DNA of 64,000 nt. Source: Dictyostelium discoideum. Its lineage: Eukaryota. A program made the translations under genes and the position numbers. The stretch covers positions 1,760,001-1,824,000 of the forward strand of contig CM000150.2 of the NCBI GenBank assembly GCA_000004695.1. The letters are read 5' to 3'. Below the pieces are notes generated by a model. That model was given only the letters and a program-made list of their open reading frames with translations. It did no database searches and was not told the DNA's origin. Numbering within the stretch: the first letter of the stretch is position 1; each line of letters opens with the position of its first letter. This document shows, piece after piece, positions 28,341 through 39,321 of the stretch.

Positions 28341-29776
28341 TCATTTGATGTTATTTGATTAATATAATATTATTATCTGTTATTGAATGATTATATATAT
28401 ATTATCTTGTATTGAACAGAATTATTAGTGAAAGAATTTTTTAAAATTTGTTAATGATTATTTATTATTTGAAATTGTTGATCATTTAATCATTTTAAAT
28501 CATATAAATAACTTTGTTCTTTTTCTTCTTGTCTATTTATAAAAATATTTAATATAAGGAGGATGATGAGTGTGTTAATGAATGAATGAATAATAAATAA
28601 TTAGACAATCGTTATAAAATGAAAAATAAAAATTTTTTTTTTTTAAAACATGTCTGATTTATGGCAAATATTTTTTTTTTTTTTTTTTTAAGAATTTACC
28701 ATTCATTTTTACAACAATTACAAAAATTGGAATTTTAAAAAAATGAATTGGTATAAAAAAGTTTTTAAAGGGAAAAAAAAAAAATTGGTTTGGAATAAAA
28801 AAAAAAAAAAAATTAAAAATAAATTAAATGAGGTAAAATTATAATCAAATTAATAAACCTGTTCATTATTTTTTTAGTTTTCATTAAAAAAATTTTAATA
28901 CAAATAAAAATAAAATAAATAATGAATTGGTATAAAAAAAAAATTTATGAGGAAAAAATATATTCATAATGTGGAAACTATAAAAAAATAATGTTTAAAA
29001 AAAAGGGGGGTAGGGGTGAAAAAAAGAAAAAAAAAAGGGGAAAACTTAAATATTATTATTTTATACCACCTACATTTATTATGAAAATTCCACAATAAAA
29101 ATTTTAACTCAATTAATAATAATGTTTTAAATTTAATATGTATCATTCATCCATATGATATTTCTGAACCAATCAATTCCCTTCCATGGACTTCTGATGA
29201 TCCTCATGTTATAGCCATCAACCTTCCAGATTGTTATGAATATAGTATACAAGTTTGAATGATAATTTTTTGATCATTTTAAACATTACCAAAAAACATA
29301 AACAAATATTTTTAAAATAATTAAACCAAATTATTATTATTATTTTTTTTTTTTATTTTTAATTTTTTTTTTTTTATCATAAATTTTTTTTATACCAGTT
29401 CAATAAAAAAAAAAAAAAATTGATTTACTTTGATTTGATTTAATTGAATAGGTTTATTTTTTATTTTTAAAGTTTTATTAATTTCTTATTTTAATTTATT
29501 TTATAATTGAATTGCAAAAATAAAATAATTTTGAAAAAATTAAAAAAAAAAAATTAAAAAAAAACAGAATAGATTCATTTTTTTTATATTTAATATCTTT
29601 TTGAGTGCTCTATTTATCTAAAACAAATTCACATATAAAAATGATTGTTGTGAATGAAAAAAAAAAAAAAAACCCCCTTCTTGTTTTCTGAGAAACTAAA
29701 ACTGAATAAAAAAGATGAAGATAAACTTTGCTTAAAACTAAGTTTTAAAAATTAAAAAAAAAGCCATTTATTTTAC

Positions 29777-29844
<68 letters not shown>

Positions 29845-30140
29845 GTGAAAGAATTTTTTAAGATTTGTAAATGATTATTTATTATTTGAAATTGTTGATA
29901 ATTTAATCTCTTTAAATCATTTGAATAGCTTTTTTGTTTTTCTTCTTCTTGTCTATATATAAAAATAATTAAAAATAATAATGATGATGAGTGTGTTAAT
30001 GAATGAATGAGTGAATGAATAAATAATAAAAAGAATAAATAATTAAACTATTATTATAAAATACAATGATATTTTTCTTTTTTTTGAATGTTTCGGGTAT
30101 TGTTTTTATCATTGATATTATTACAATATTCTTGTTAACT

Positions 30141-30329
30141 GGTTGGCTCCCAGGTTTTTTTTTTTTTGTCTTTTTATATGAAAAATGAAATAATCAAAAA
30201 AAGAGATTGTTGTTTTTTGTTTTTTTCGATCTCAAATTAAGTAATAACCTTTTTTTTGAATAGAATAACGCAATTTTTAGTTGCTTCTTCTTGAGATATC
30301 TCATTTTATTTTGAATAATTAATTAATGA

Positions 30330-30332
<3 letters not shown>
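30141..30332 (-). mobile_element. TRE5-family debris: an A-module 5' fragment joined to a diverged C-module-like 3' end with a short A8 tail
   Basis: The segment 30160-30235 matches the A-module repeats at 32480-32560 (gtctttttatatgaaaaatgaaataatcaaaaaaagagattgttg...tttcgatct). The segment 30255-30312 is a diverged version of the C-module terminus (gaatagaataacgcaatttttagttgcttcttcttgagatatctcattttatttt). Confidence 0.45.
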
Positions 30333-30366
<34 letters not shown>

Positions 30367-30677
30367 AATTGGATAACGCAATTATTATTTGCTTCTCCTT
30401 GAGATGCTAGATCTCATTTTATTTTTTTTTTTTTTTTACAGGGTCTTTTTGATTAAAACATCTTTTTTGTCCAAACTTTTTTCTAAATCTTTTTTTATTT
30501 TATCGTCTGGTTCGTGATTGATGTTTATGACGTATTTGAATTGTTTTTTTTTTAATTGAGTTTTATCCACAATTTCGCTTATTTTTTGTAGGCATTTGTG
30601 TTGCTTAATATTTGTGGTGTTGTTTGTGATTTTCAATTTATTTTCTTTCTATCTTTTTTATTTTTCTGATTAACTTG

Positions 30678-30736
<59 letters not shown>

Positions 30737-32432
30737 TTATAGAAAGTACTGAGTGAATTATTGTATTTTTTGAGATGTTTAGGAAGTTCTATTGCGGGTG
30801 TTGATGATGATTTGTGACACCCCTTGTCCTGTTTTATCAATTGGTGCGTGGTGTGTTATTTTGTTTTTATATTGTTGATTTATTGAGTAAATTTTATTTG
30901 TTTTTATATTTGTTTCAGTTAGAAGTGCTGCGTCCAGCTTGTTGTTGTCTAAAACAAAAAAATTATGCGGCAAAAGGATGGTGTTGGATCCTTGGACGTT
31001 CCAAACACCTATTCTTGTTGTGTTTTTCTTTATAGTTTTATTTGGGGTAGATTTTTATCTACCTTTTGAAGTTTCTGGTTTATTTTGTCTTCTAACTGAT
31101 CTTTACTTGTTCGTTGTGTTGTTGGTCTGGGGTTTGTGGGTTTTTTGATTTATTGATTTGTTTTAGAATTCCTTGTTGAAGTTGTCTATTCTTTCATCCA
31201 TTTTGTTTTTTATGCTTTTTTGTCCATATTCACCCAATTTTGGTTTGACTGGTGTTTGTTGGTCTTGTTTGTTTTGTCTTGTTGTTCTTTTTTGGTGTGT
31301 TTAACAATTTACTTGGTGAATCGATAATTTTCGATGGTGTACCATAGGTTGGGCTGAAACTCATGATATGTTTTATTGGAGAGGAGAAGAACCATTGATT
31401 TGAAGGGATTGAAAGTGGGAATTCTATTTTTCTTATTGCATCAGTGTTTGGGCTGGTGAAGTCGAAGATATCATTTGCCTCTCTAAGTTTTTCTTCCGTT
31501 GTTAGTCCCTTTGTTTCGCCGTGTTGTTTTATTGGTGTATTGTATGGAGATGGTGGTTCGATAGGTTTTTCTGATTTTGTTTTAATTTCTTGATTGTTTA
31601 TCGATTGTGTATTGATCTCATTCTCTATTCTTGTTAGTTCATCTACGTTTTCTAGTGATGCTTCTATTACCTTTTGAGCTGTATCATCTAGGGCCATAAA
31701 TGTTTTATCATTAGATGAGGATGTGATTGGTGGGATAATGATTGTTCTTTTTCCTTGTTTTGGTATTTGTTCTGATGTAGATTGTGGTTGTTGTTCATCT
31801 GATTGTTTTTTATTTTTGTTTTCTTCTTGATTTTCTGGTAATGAGGTTTGATCTCTCCATCCTTTGTTGGAGTGTCCAATTAATGTTAGATTGTCTAGTT
31901 CAATGATAGTGTCAAATTCTTCTACGACTCTTTTCACTGTTTTGATAATTAGAGTTTCGCCTTTAATTTCTGATTTAATTAGTTTACATCCTTCATTTTC
32001 TATTACCCATTCTATTTCTGTGAGTGATTTATACCAATCAAAATCTGTATACATATTTTTTGGTCTTATAGTGGTTATAAATTGTCCTTTTAATTCTGCA
32101 TCAAACATATTTACAAAATAGATTACTGTACTAATACTGTCTGTGAGAATTTTGAATGTATTATTACTTTTGATTAAAACATCTTTTTTGTCCAAACTTT
32201 TTTCTAAATCTTTTTTTATTTTATCGTCTGGTTCGTGATTGATGTTTATGACGTATTTGAATTGTTTTTTTTTTAATTGAGTTTTATCCACAATTTCGCT
32301 TATTTTTTGTAGGCATTTGTGTTGCTTAATATTTGTGGTGTTGTTTGTGATTTTCATTTTATTTTCTTTCTATCTTTTTTATTTTTCTTTAAAAAGTTAA
32401 AAATCTGGAAATTTTCTAATTAACTTGGTTCC

Positions 32433-32494
<62 letters not shown>

Positions 32495-32928
32495 TCTTTT
32501 TTATATGAAAAATGAAATAATCAAAAAAAGAGATTGTTGTTGTTGTTTGTTTTTTTCGATCTGATTATTTTTTGCTTTTTTTTTGAAAATTTTGCTACGC
32601 AAAATTCTCAAAACGAAACAAATAATAAATTACAATAAAGTAAAAAGATGGCTTTTTAAAATAGTTTATTTATTTATTTATTTGTTTTTTAAGTCTTTTT
32701 TATATGAAAAATGAAATAATCAAAAAAAGAGATTGTTGTTGTTGTTTGTTTTTTTCGATCTGATTATTTTTTGCTTTTTTTTTGAAAATTTTGCTACGCA
32801 AAATTCTCAAAACGAAACAAATAATAAATTACAATAAAGTAAAAAGATGGCTTTTTAAAATAGTTTATTTATTTATTTATTTGTTTTTTAAGTCTTTTTT
32901 ATATGAAAAATGAAATAATCAAAAAAAG
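30333..32928 (-). mobile_element. TRE5-A-like retrotransposon copy 2. It is an internally deleted form lacking ORF2, with a tandemly duplicated A-module, and its 5' side runs into the assembly gap
   Basis: The oligo(A) tail appears as a T-run at 30333-30365. Next come the C-module, a downstream B-module carrying MKITNN... at 30436-30636, an internal oligo(A), the ORF1-like ORF at 31230-32357 starting in the upstream B-module, and then the A-module with an approximately 190-bp unit repeated at about 32500-32690 and 32690-32880 and continuing to the N-gap. Confidence 0.6.
31230..32357 (-). CDS. TRE5-A-like ORF1 protein (375 aa)
   Basis: The ORF starts inside the B-module (MKITNNTTNIKQHKCLQ...). 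Its C-terminal half is collinear with the copy-1 ORF at 13769-14443, but the tail differs through a frameshift between the copies. Confidence 0.5.
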   Translation of the reverse strand: MKITNNTTNIKQHKCLQKISEIVDKTQLKKKQFKYVININHEPDDKIKKDLEKSLDKKDVLIKSNNTFKILTDSISTVIYFVNMFDAELKGQFITTIRPKNMYTDFDWYKSLTEIEWVIENEGCKLIKSEIKGETLIIKTVKRVVEEFDTIIELDNLTLIGHSNKGWRDQTSLPENQEENKNKKQSDEQQPQSTSEQIPKQGKRTIIIPPITSSSNDKTFMALDDTAQKVIEASLENVDELTRIENEINTQSINNQEIKTKSEKPIEPPSPYNTPIKQHGETKGLTTEEKLREANDIFDFTSPNTDAIRKIEFPLSIPSNQWFFSSPIKHIMSFSPTYGTPSKIIDSPSKLLNTPKKNNKTKQTRPTNTSQTKIG

Positions 32929-33028
32929 NNNNNNNNNNNNNNNNNNNNNNNNNNNNNNNNNNNNNNNNNNNNNNNNNNNNNNNNNNNNNNNNNNNNNNNN
33001 NNNNNNNNNNNNNNNNNNNNNNNNNNNN
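32929..33028. other. Assembly gap (100 N) inside the retrotransposon cluster
   Basis: A run of exactly 100 N. It is flanked by a TRE5-A A-module repeat on the left and by the middle of a TRE3-like ORF2 on the right. Confidence 0.95.
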
Positions 33029-35508
33029 GTCTTATACACACAATATACAAGAAAGGCAACCCCTTACTCATATCAAATCGTCGTCCCATTACACTTCTAA
33101 ACACTGATTACAAGATCCTCTCAAAAGTAATCAATGCACGTCTTCTGAGAATACTTCCTTTCATCATCAACAACAACCAAACTGGTTTCGTACCCCACAG
33201 ATTCATCATAGACAACATCATCAACATCAATGAATTAATCAACTACCTCAAATCTAAAAACCTCCCTGGTATCATCACACTATTTGACTTCTTTAAAGCA
33301 TTTGATTCTATCTCTCACGATAGCATTAAAAGAACATTAATTCATATTGGTATACCAATAAAATTAATAAATTTAATCCACAAGCTATTATCTGACTCAC
33401 AAGCAAAAATTTCAATTAATGGTAAAACGACCAGAAAATTCGATATTAAAAGAGGTGTAAAACAAGGTGACCCAATCTCAGCCACTTTATTTGTAATTGT
33501 AATTGAAATATTAGCAAGAACAATAAATGCAGACAATTCAATAATTGGATTACCAATTTCACCCAATCCACAAATTAAAATTAAATTTACCCAATTTGCA
33601 GACGACTCTACAACATACAACATCAACTACGAACAACAACAACAATCAATCAAACATTTCGATAATTTCTGCGCTTCAACATCATCATCATTAAATTTTG
33701 ACAAAAGTGCAATAATAGAAATCAACCCCCACAAAATCACTGATAAACACATAATAAACAACATTCCACAATCAAAAAGAATACCAATAACCAAAAAAGA
33801 TCAATCAGAAAGAGTTCTTGGCTATTTCTTTAATCATAATGGTTTACATAGGAAATTACCAGAAACAATGAAAACACTGATTAAATCATTAGTGCTATGG
33901 AAAACTAGTGGCACAACATTAAAAACAAAAACAACCATCATAAACACCTACTCACTATCACCAATAACATATTTATCATACCTTGAAGAATTTACAAAAG
34001 ATGAAGAAATTCAAATTAATAAATTAATCTCATGGTTTATGAATTCTCCCGCAAATTCTGAATCACCAACTCTCGATACCAATTCCATTGAAAAAAACAC
34101 ATCAACCATCCATTCACGTGCAAAAATACCTTTGATGTGTTATGATAGATCATTAAAACCATTAAAAGAAGGTGGTTGGGGTATGTGGAATATACAATTA
34201 CGACAAGTTGCTCAAAAGATTTGGATATACAACAGATTTTTACAAATGCATAAATCTGCAAACAATTCAATATACATGATAAGTTGGATGGATCAAATCA
34301 TCAACAAATCAATCTCTTCTCCATACCTTATAAAAATCAAAAAAGAATGGGAAAACTATGCAACTCAAATTGGACATCTAAAAGATAAAGTTCAAATCCT
34401 ACAACCAATATTAACAAAAAACCAACCCTCTCAAACATTAAACACAAATAATATTTCACTACCACCAACACTCAAAGAAATCTACTCGACAATACTAAAC
34501 AATCACCAATGCAAATCAAAAGACTATATTGGCAAGAAATATTCAGATCTACTTCTTACTTCGCACCAACAATCAATACAACTATTATGGAAATACACAT
34601 ACGACCAACTTTTTGTCAAAATTCAAAAATTAAAAGATCCAAAAGGCCGAGATACAATGCAAAGATTCCATGCTAGATGTCTTCCGATTAATCATCTACA
34701 CAACAAAGTTTGCCCCATTTGCAACAATGAAATGAATAATGATCCCTATGGTCATTTGTTCTTCAATTGTCAGCACACAATCAACTTCATTAACCACGAC
34801 AAATTAAAATATTTTATATATAAAAATTGCAATGGAAACAAAAACTGGTCACTAACAAAAAACCAAACAACAAAATTATACACACTCATTTATAAACCAC
34901 AAACAAACAACAAAGCATTTAAACCAGATCCAACTATCAATATTAATTTTCATTTTGCAGAAAACGCACAATATAAAAAATACAGGTTCAACTGGAATTA
35001 TATAAACACAAATCTTGATCTAGTCAGAACACATGCATATTGGAACATAATCTCATTAGTTATTCAACAAATATGGATATGGTTATGCAAATCATTATTT
35101 GACATCAATATAACTCAATCAATTGATAATTGGAACAACCAAATAAACAACACAACACTAGATTATGATATATTAAAATCAAAATGGCACAAGCTAATAA
35201 GATTGGAATATTCAAGAACTTTATCAAACTTTAACCAATACTCAATTAAAAACAACCTCACAAAAACTCAAAAAGAAACCCAATGGTCCGAAACCATCAA
35301 AAAATTTAAAAAAGAATGGAGCATAAACACAAATGAACCAATTCCAACAATTACACCACCAATTAATTATTAATTACCTAATCTAAAATAACATACTATT
35401 TTAAATTCACAAAAACTAAAAAACCTAAAATAAATAAATAAAAATAACATACTAATTGTATACTACAATAGTTTATTTATATCAAAAAAAAAAAAAAAAA
35501 AAAAAAAA
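33029..35508 (+). mobile_element. Third copy of the TRE3-like element, 3' part (about 2.5 kb), starting in mid-ORF2 at the gap and ending in oligo(A)25
   Basis: It is over 97% identical to copy 1 positions 17277-19735. The ORF2 frame is open from 33029 to the stop at 35373. An A-run lies at 35484-35508. Confidence 0.75.
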
Positions 35509-35564
35509 GATTCGAAAAAACTCACAAACTTTTTTTGTAATATATATATATATGAGATGTTTTT

Positions 35565-38231
35565 TTATTTATTTAATTTATTTTCAAAATATAATAATAA
35601 TCTTTTTGAAGCAATTTTTTCCAAATTTATTTTTGTAATTGGAATGAATTGGAAGAGAAATTCAAATATTTTGATTTTGTTTGATTTTATTGAAAATGAT
35701 AATAAATCTTCAAGATATTCCAAATGCAATATTCCTCCATTTGTTTCTTTATCTTTTAAAAAGAAATCATAATTTTCATGAATGAATTCTAGGGTTTTTA
35801 AATTTGAATCCACTATTGATTTCCATATAATTTCATAAAATAAGTCAGGAACAAGCAATTTAAACTTATCTGATGTTGTTGGTGATGTTGTAATATAATT
35901 TAAATGTTTGAATAGTAAATCTAATAATTTTAAATCACCATTTTTAGAATAAACATTAAATGGAATTAAAAATTCATATGGGTCTTCAGTTTTAAAGTAA
36001 TTTGATTTTGTTTCAATTTCTTCAAATCTACCAGCGGCACAAAGAAAATAAATCCATTGAAATTGGTCAACAATGAAATTTGAACCAATTTTCATTTTAT
36101 TTGAATAGTTTACATAAATCCAATCCAAAAGTTTAAAAAAATTTAAATTCTCCCATAATTTAGTTAGTTTTGTTTCTTTATCTTTAAACTCAATTAAATC
36201 TAATATAATTGGTTTATGATTTTCCAATAATAAATTAGAAAAACCAATATCATTAAAAAATGAAGGAACATTGAAAATTCTTGGATTATTACTTTTTTTA
36301 TTTTGATAATTAATATTTTCATTTGAAAGAATATATAAATTTATTTCATTTGAAAAATTCTCTATACAATAATCCCTTAAACCTCTAAATTCATATTCTT
36401 GATTTTCTTTAGTTTCAAAAGTTATCATTTTTTCATAATGTTGTAATACATTTAAATCTTTAAAACAATAAAGAATTGTTTTATAATTATCTTGATTAAA
36501 AAAAATAAAATGATCTTTATGATTTTCAAATAAATAATCTAATACCAATATTGATTTTATATAATAAGTAATAAAAAAAGGAAATCTACCAATAAACTTT
36601 TTTGGATATTTCATTAAATTTCCAAACTGATTTGATACATACTTTATTAATTCTAAATCATTATAATTAATAATAAAATAAAAAAGTAAAAGTTTTTGTT
36701 CTTCCAAGTTTTGATTATCAAAATTTTCTTTTGAAATAAAATTTGATTTTAAAACTTGTAAAATATTAAAAATAAATTCAATTTGTTTATTTTTATCATT
36801 ACAATTTGAGAAAAGGATATTTGGAGATTTAAAATAAAAACAAAGATTATTTATTTGAAGTTCTATTGGCGTTAATAATTTAAAAACTGTATAATTTGCA
36901 AATCTTAATGAATTTTCAAAACTTGTATTACTATCACATTGATTATTCATTTTATCATTTAATTGATTTTCATCTAAACTATAATAACCCAAATAAAAAG
37001 ATAGAGGTAAATTACTTAAATTCCAAATTAAACAATGAAAATCCAATAATTTTTTAATAAATTCTTTATTTTCATTATCATTTGTATTTATTGGATCACC
37101 AAGTTTTGATTTTAATTTCTCTTTATTTAATTTATTTTTAAAATTTTCAATATTATTTAAAGTTATAGTTGAATTGTTTTTAATATTATTATATATTTTA
37201 TTTATTTGTTCATTTTCATTTTCATTATTATTGTTATTAATTAAAATTAAAACTAATTTTACAATTGTAATTAATTGTTTTAATGTTAAATCTTGTTTTA
37301 TTTTTTCAAAAATTGAAATAATTTTAAAAAGTGTTGAAAATTCAATGGATGATGATGATTGATAATTATTAAATAATTTATAATTTTTATAAAAACAATA
37401 TAATCCTTTAAATAATAATCCATTTGAATAATTACTAAAATTATATTTTATATCATATATATTTTCTAAATGATTTTTTGATAATTTAAAATTATTATTA
37501 TTAATTTGTTGTTGTTCTTGATTTAAAAGGTATTTAATAAATTTTTTTGAACCTCTAATTATTGATAATTTTATATCATCAATTGTTGGTTCATAATTAA
37601 ATTCTTCAACCAATAGTTGATATAATTCTATATTGTTTGCAATGATAATATAATTGGAAATTATAGTGGTAAAATCAGTATCAAAATTAATATGATTTTT
37701 AAATAATTTTCTATAAAATTCTTTATCATTTTTAATTGATCTAAATAATCTAATTAAATAACCATTCTTTGTTAATAAATCATCTTCAAAATGTAAATAT
37801 CTACAATTTCTTTTAACTTTTTCTTTTAAAATACCAAATTGATCAAATTGTATTAATTTCTCTACTGATATAATTGAATCATAGCTTGACGAAAATTGTT
37901 TATTCATAAATGACATTATTTTCTTAAAAATAGTTTTATTTCTAAATACTTTCCAAAATAATAATTCAACTATTTCAATACCTTCAAATAAAGTTATTTT
38001 ATTGATTTTATTAAATGAATTAATATTTTCATCTTTTTGTTTTTCTTCTAAATAGATTTGTTTCATTTTTATAATTGATCTAATTCTTTCAATAATCTCT
38101 TTTTTTTTTAAATCTTTTGTATAAATACAATATGATTTTCCAAGTTTTGAAATAAATTCAAAACTTTTACTTTCTAAATCATTTAAATTAATTTCATTAT
38201 TATTATAATAATTATTATAATTATTATTCAT
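35565..38231 (-). CDS. Asn-rich hypothetical protein of 888 aa, function unknown
   Basis: A single long ORF starts at ATG 38231. It is N/K/I-rich with no motif I recognise. The codon usage is typical of the genome. Confidence 0.5.
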   Translation of the reverse strand: MNNNYNNYYNNNEINLNDLESKSFEFISKLGKSYCIYTKDLKKKEIIERIRSIIKMKQIYLEEKQKDENINSFNKINKITLFEGIEIVELLFWKVFRNKTIFKKIMSFMNKQFSSSYDSIISVEKLIQFDQFGILKEKVKRNCRYLHFEDDLLTKNGYLIRLFRSIKNDKEFYRKLFKNHINFDTDFTTIISNYIIIANNIELYQLLVEEFNYEPTIDDIKLSIIRGSKKFIKYLLNQEQQQINNNNFKLSKNHLENIYDIKYNFSNYSNGLLFKGLYCFYKNYKLFNNYQSSSSIEFSTLFKIISIFEKIKQDLTLKQLITIVKLVLILINNNNNENENEQINKIYNNIKNNSTITLNNIENFKNKLNKEKLKSKLGDPINTNDNENKEFIKKLLDFHCLIWNLSNLPLSFYLGYYSLDENQLNDKMNNQCDSNTSFENSLRFANYTVFKLLTPIELQINNLCFYFKSPNILFSNCNDKNKQIEFIFNILQVLKSNFISKENFDNQNLEEQKLLLFYFIINYNDLELIKYVSNQFGNLMKYPKKFIGRFPFFITYYIKSILVLDYLFENHKDHFIFFNQDNYKTILYCFKDLNVLQHYEKMITFETKENQEYEFRGLRDYCIENFSNEINLYILSNENINYQNKKSNNPRIFNVPSFFNDIGFSNLLLENHKPIILDLIEFKDKETKLTKLWENLNFFKLLDWIYVNYSNKMKIGSNFIVDQFQWIYFLCAAGRFEEIETKSNYFKTEDPYEFLIPFNVYSKNGDLKLLDLLFKHLNYITTSPTTSDKFKLLVPDLFYEIIWKSIVDSNLKTLEFIHENYDFFLKDKETNGGILHLEYLEDLLSFSIKSNKIKIFEFLFQFIPITKINLEKIASKRLLLYFENKLNK

Positions 38232-38336
38232 TCTCTACTTTATTAAAATGATGTTTTGCTGTAGTTATTTTTAAAACTCAATATTTTTAAAAAAAAATCA
38301 AAAAAAACCAAAAAAAAAAAAGAAAAAAAAAACAAT

Positions 38337-38396
<60 letters not shown>

Positions 38397-38726
38397 AAAT
38401 TTCAATTTATTTTATTTATCACAAAATCAAATTTTATTTTCTATAAAGTTTTATAATTTGTTTATTAATATTTATCAAACAAAAATAAATTGATAATATT
38501 TCTTTCACATAATATTAAAAAAAAAAAAAAAAAATAATAATAATAATAAAAATATTTAAAAAGGGATATTTTACTATTTACCTTTAGTGGGGGTATATCA
38601 AAAAAAAAAAAAACAATATGTTGTTATTTGTGGTGAAAAAAAAATAACCCTTTTATAATAATTATTTGATTAACCTTTTTTTTTTTTTCTTTATTTTTTT
38701 TTTTTAATATACGATTAGAAGCATGT

Positions 38727-38759
<33 letters not shown>

Positions 38760-39287
38760 ATCAAAATGTTTTTTTTAATTATTCTTTATCTGAATAACAA
38801 CACATTCACATCGGAATATTATGATTTTTTAAAATAATAATATAACGATAAAAATAAGGATTTATTGTTATTGTTTTAATTTTTTTAATTTTACTATAAA
38901 AATCGGATTAATTAATGTTATCAAATATTTTTTTTTTTTTTTTAAATTTTTATTTTTATTTTATAATATTATTTTGATTAAAAATCCTTTTTTAGCAATA
39001 AAAAACAGTTTAATCACCTTTGGTTGTGATCTTATTATCATAAAATGATATAATTATCACTATTTTAACCTTGGATTACTTTTATTATTATTATAATTAT
39101 TTATTAATATTAAAATTTTAATTATTTTTATTTTTTTTTTTCCACATAAATAAGAAATTTTTTTTTTTTTTTAAATCATTCAATATATCTTTTATTTATT
39201 AATTAAATAAAATTTTAATAATTACATATTTTAAGTTTATTTTTCATATTATTTAAATATTTTATTTTGTATATAAAAAAACTACAG

Positions 39288-39318
<31 letters not shown>

Positions 39319-39321
<3 letters not shown>

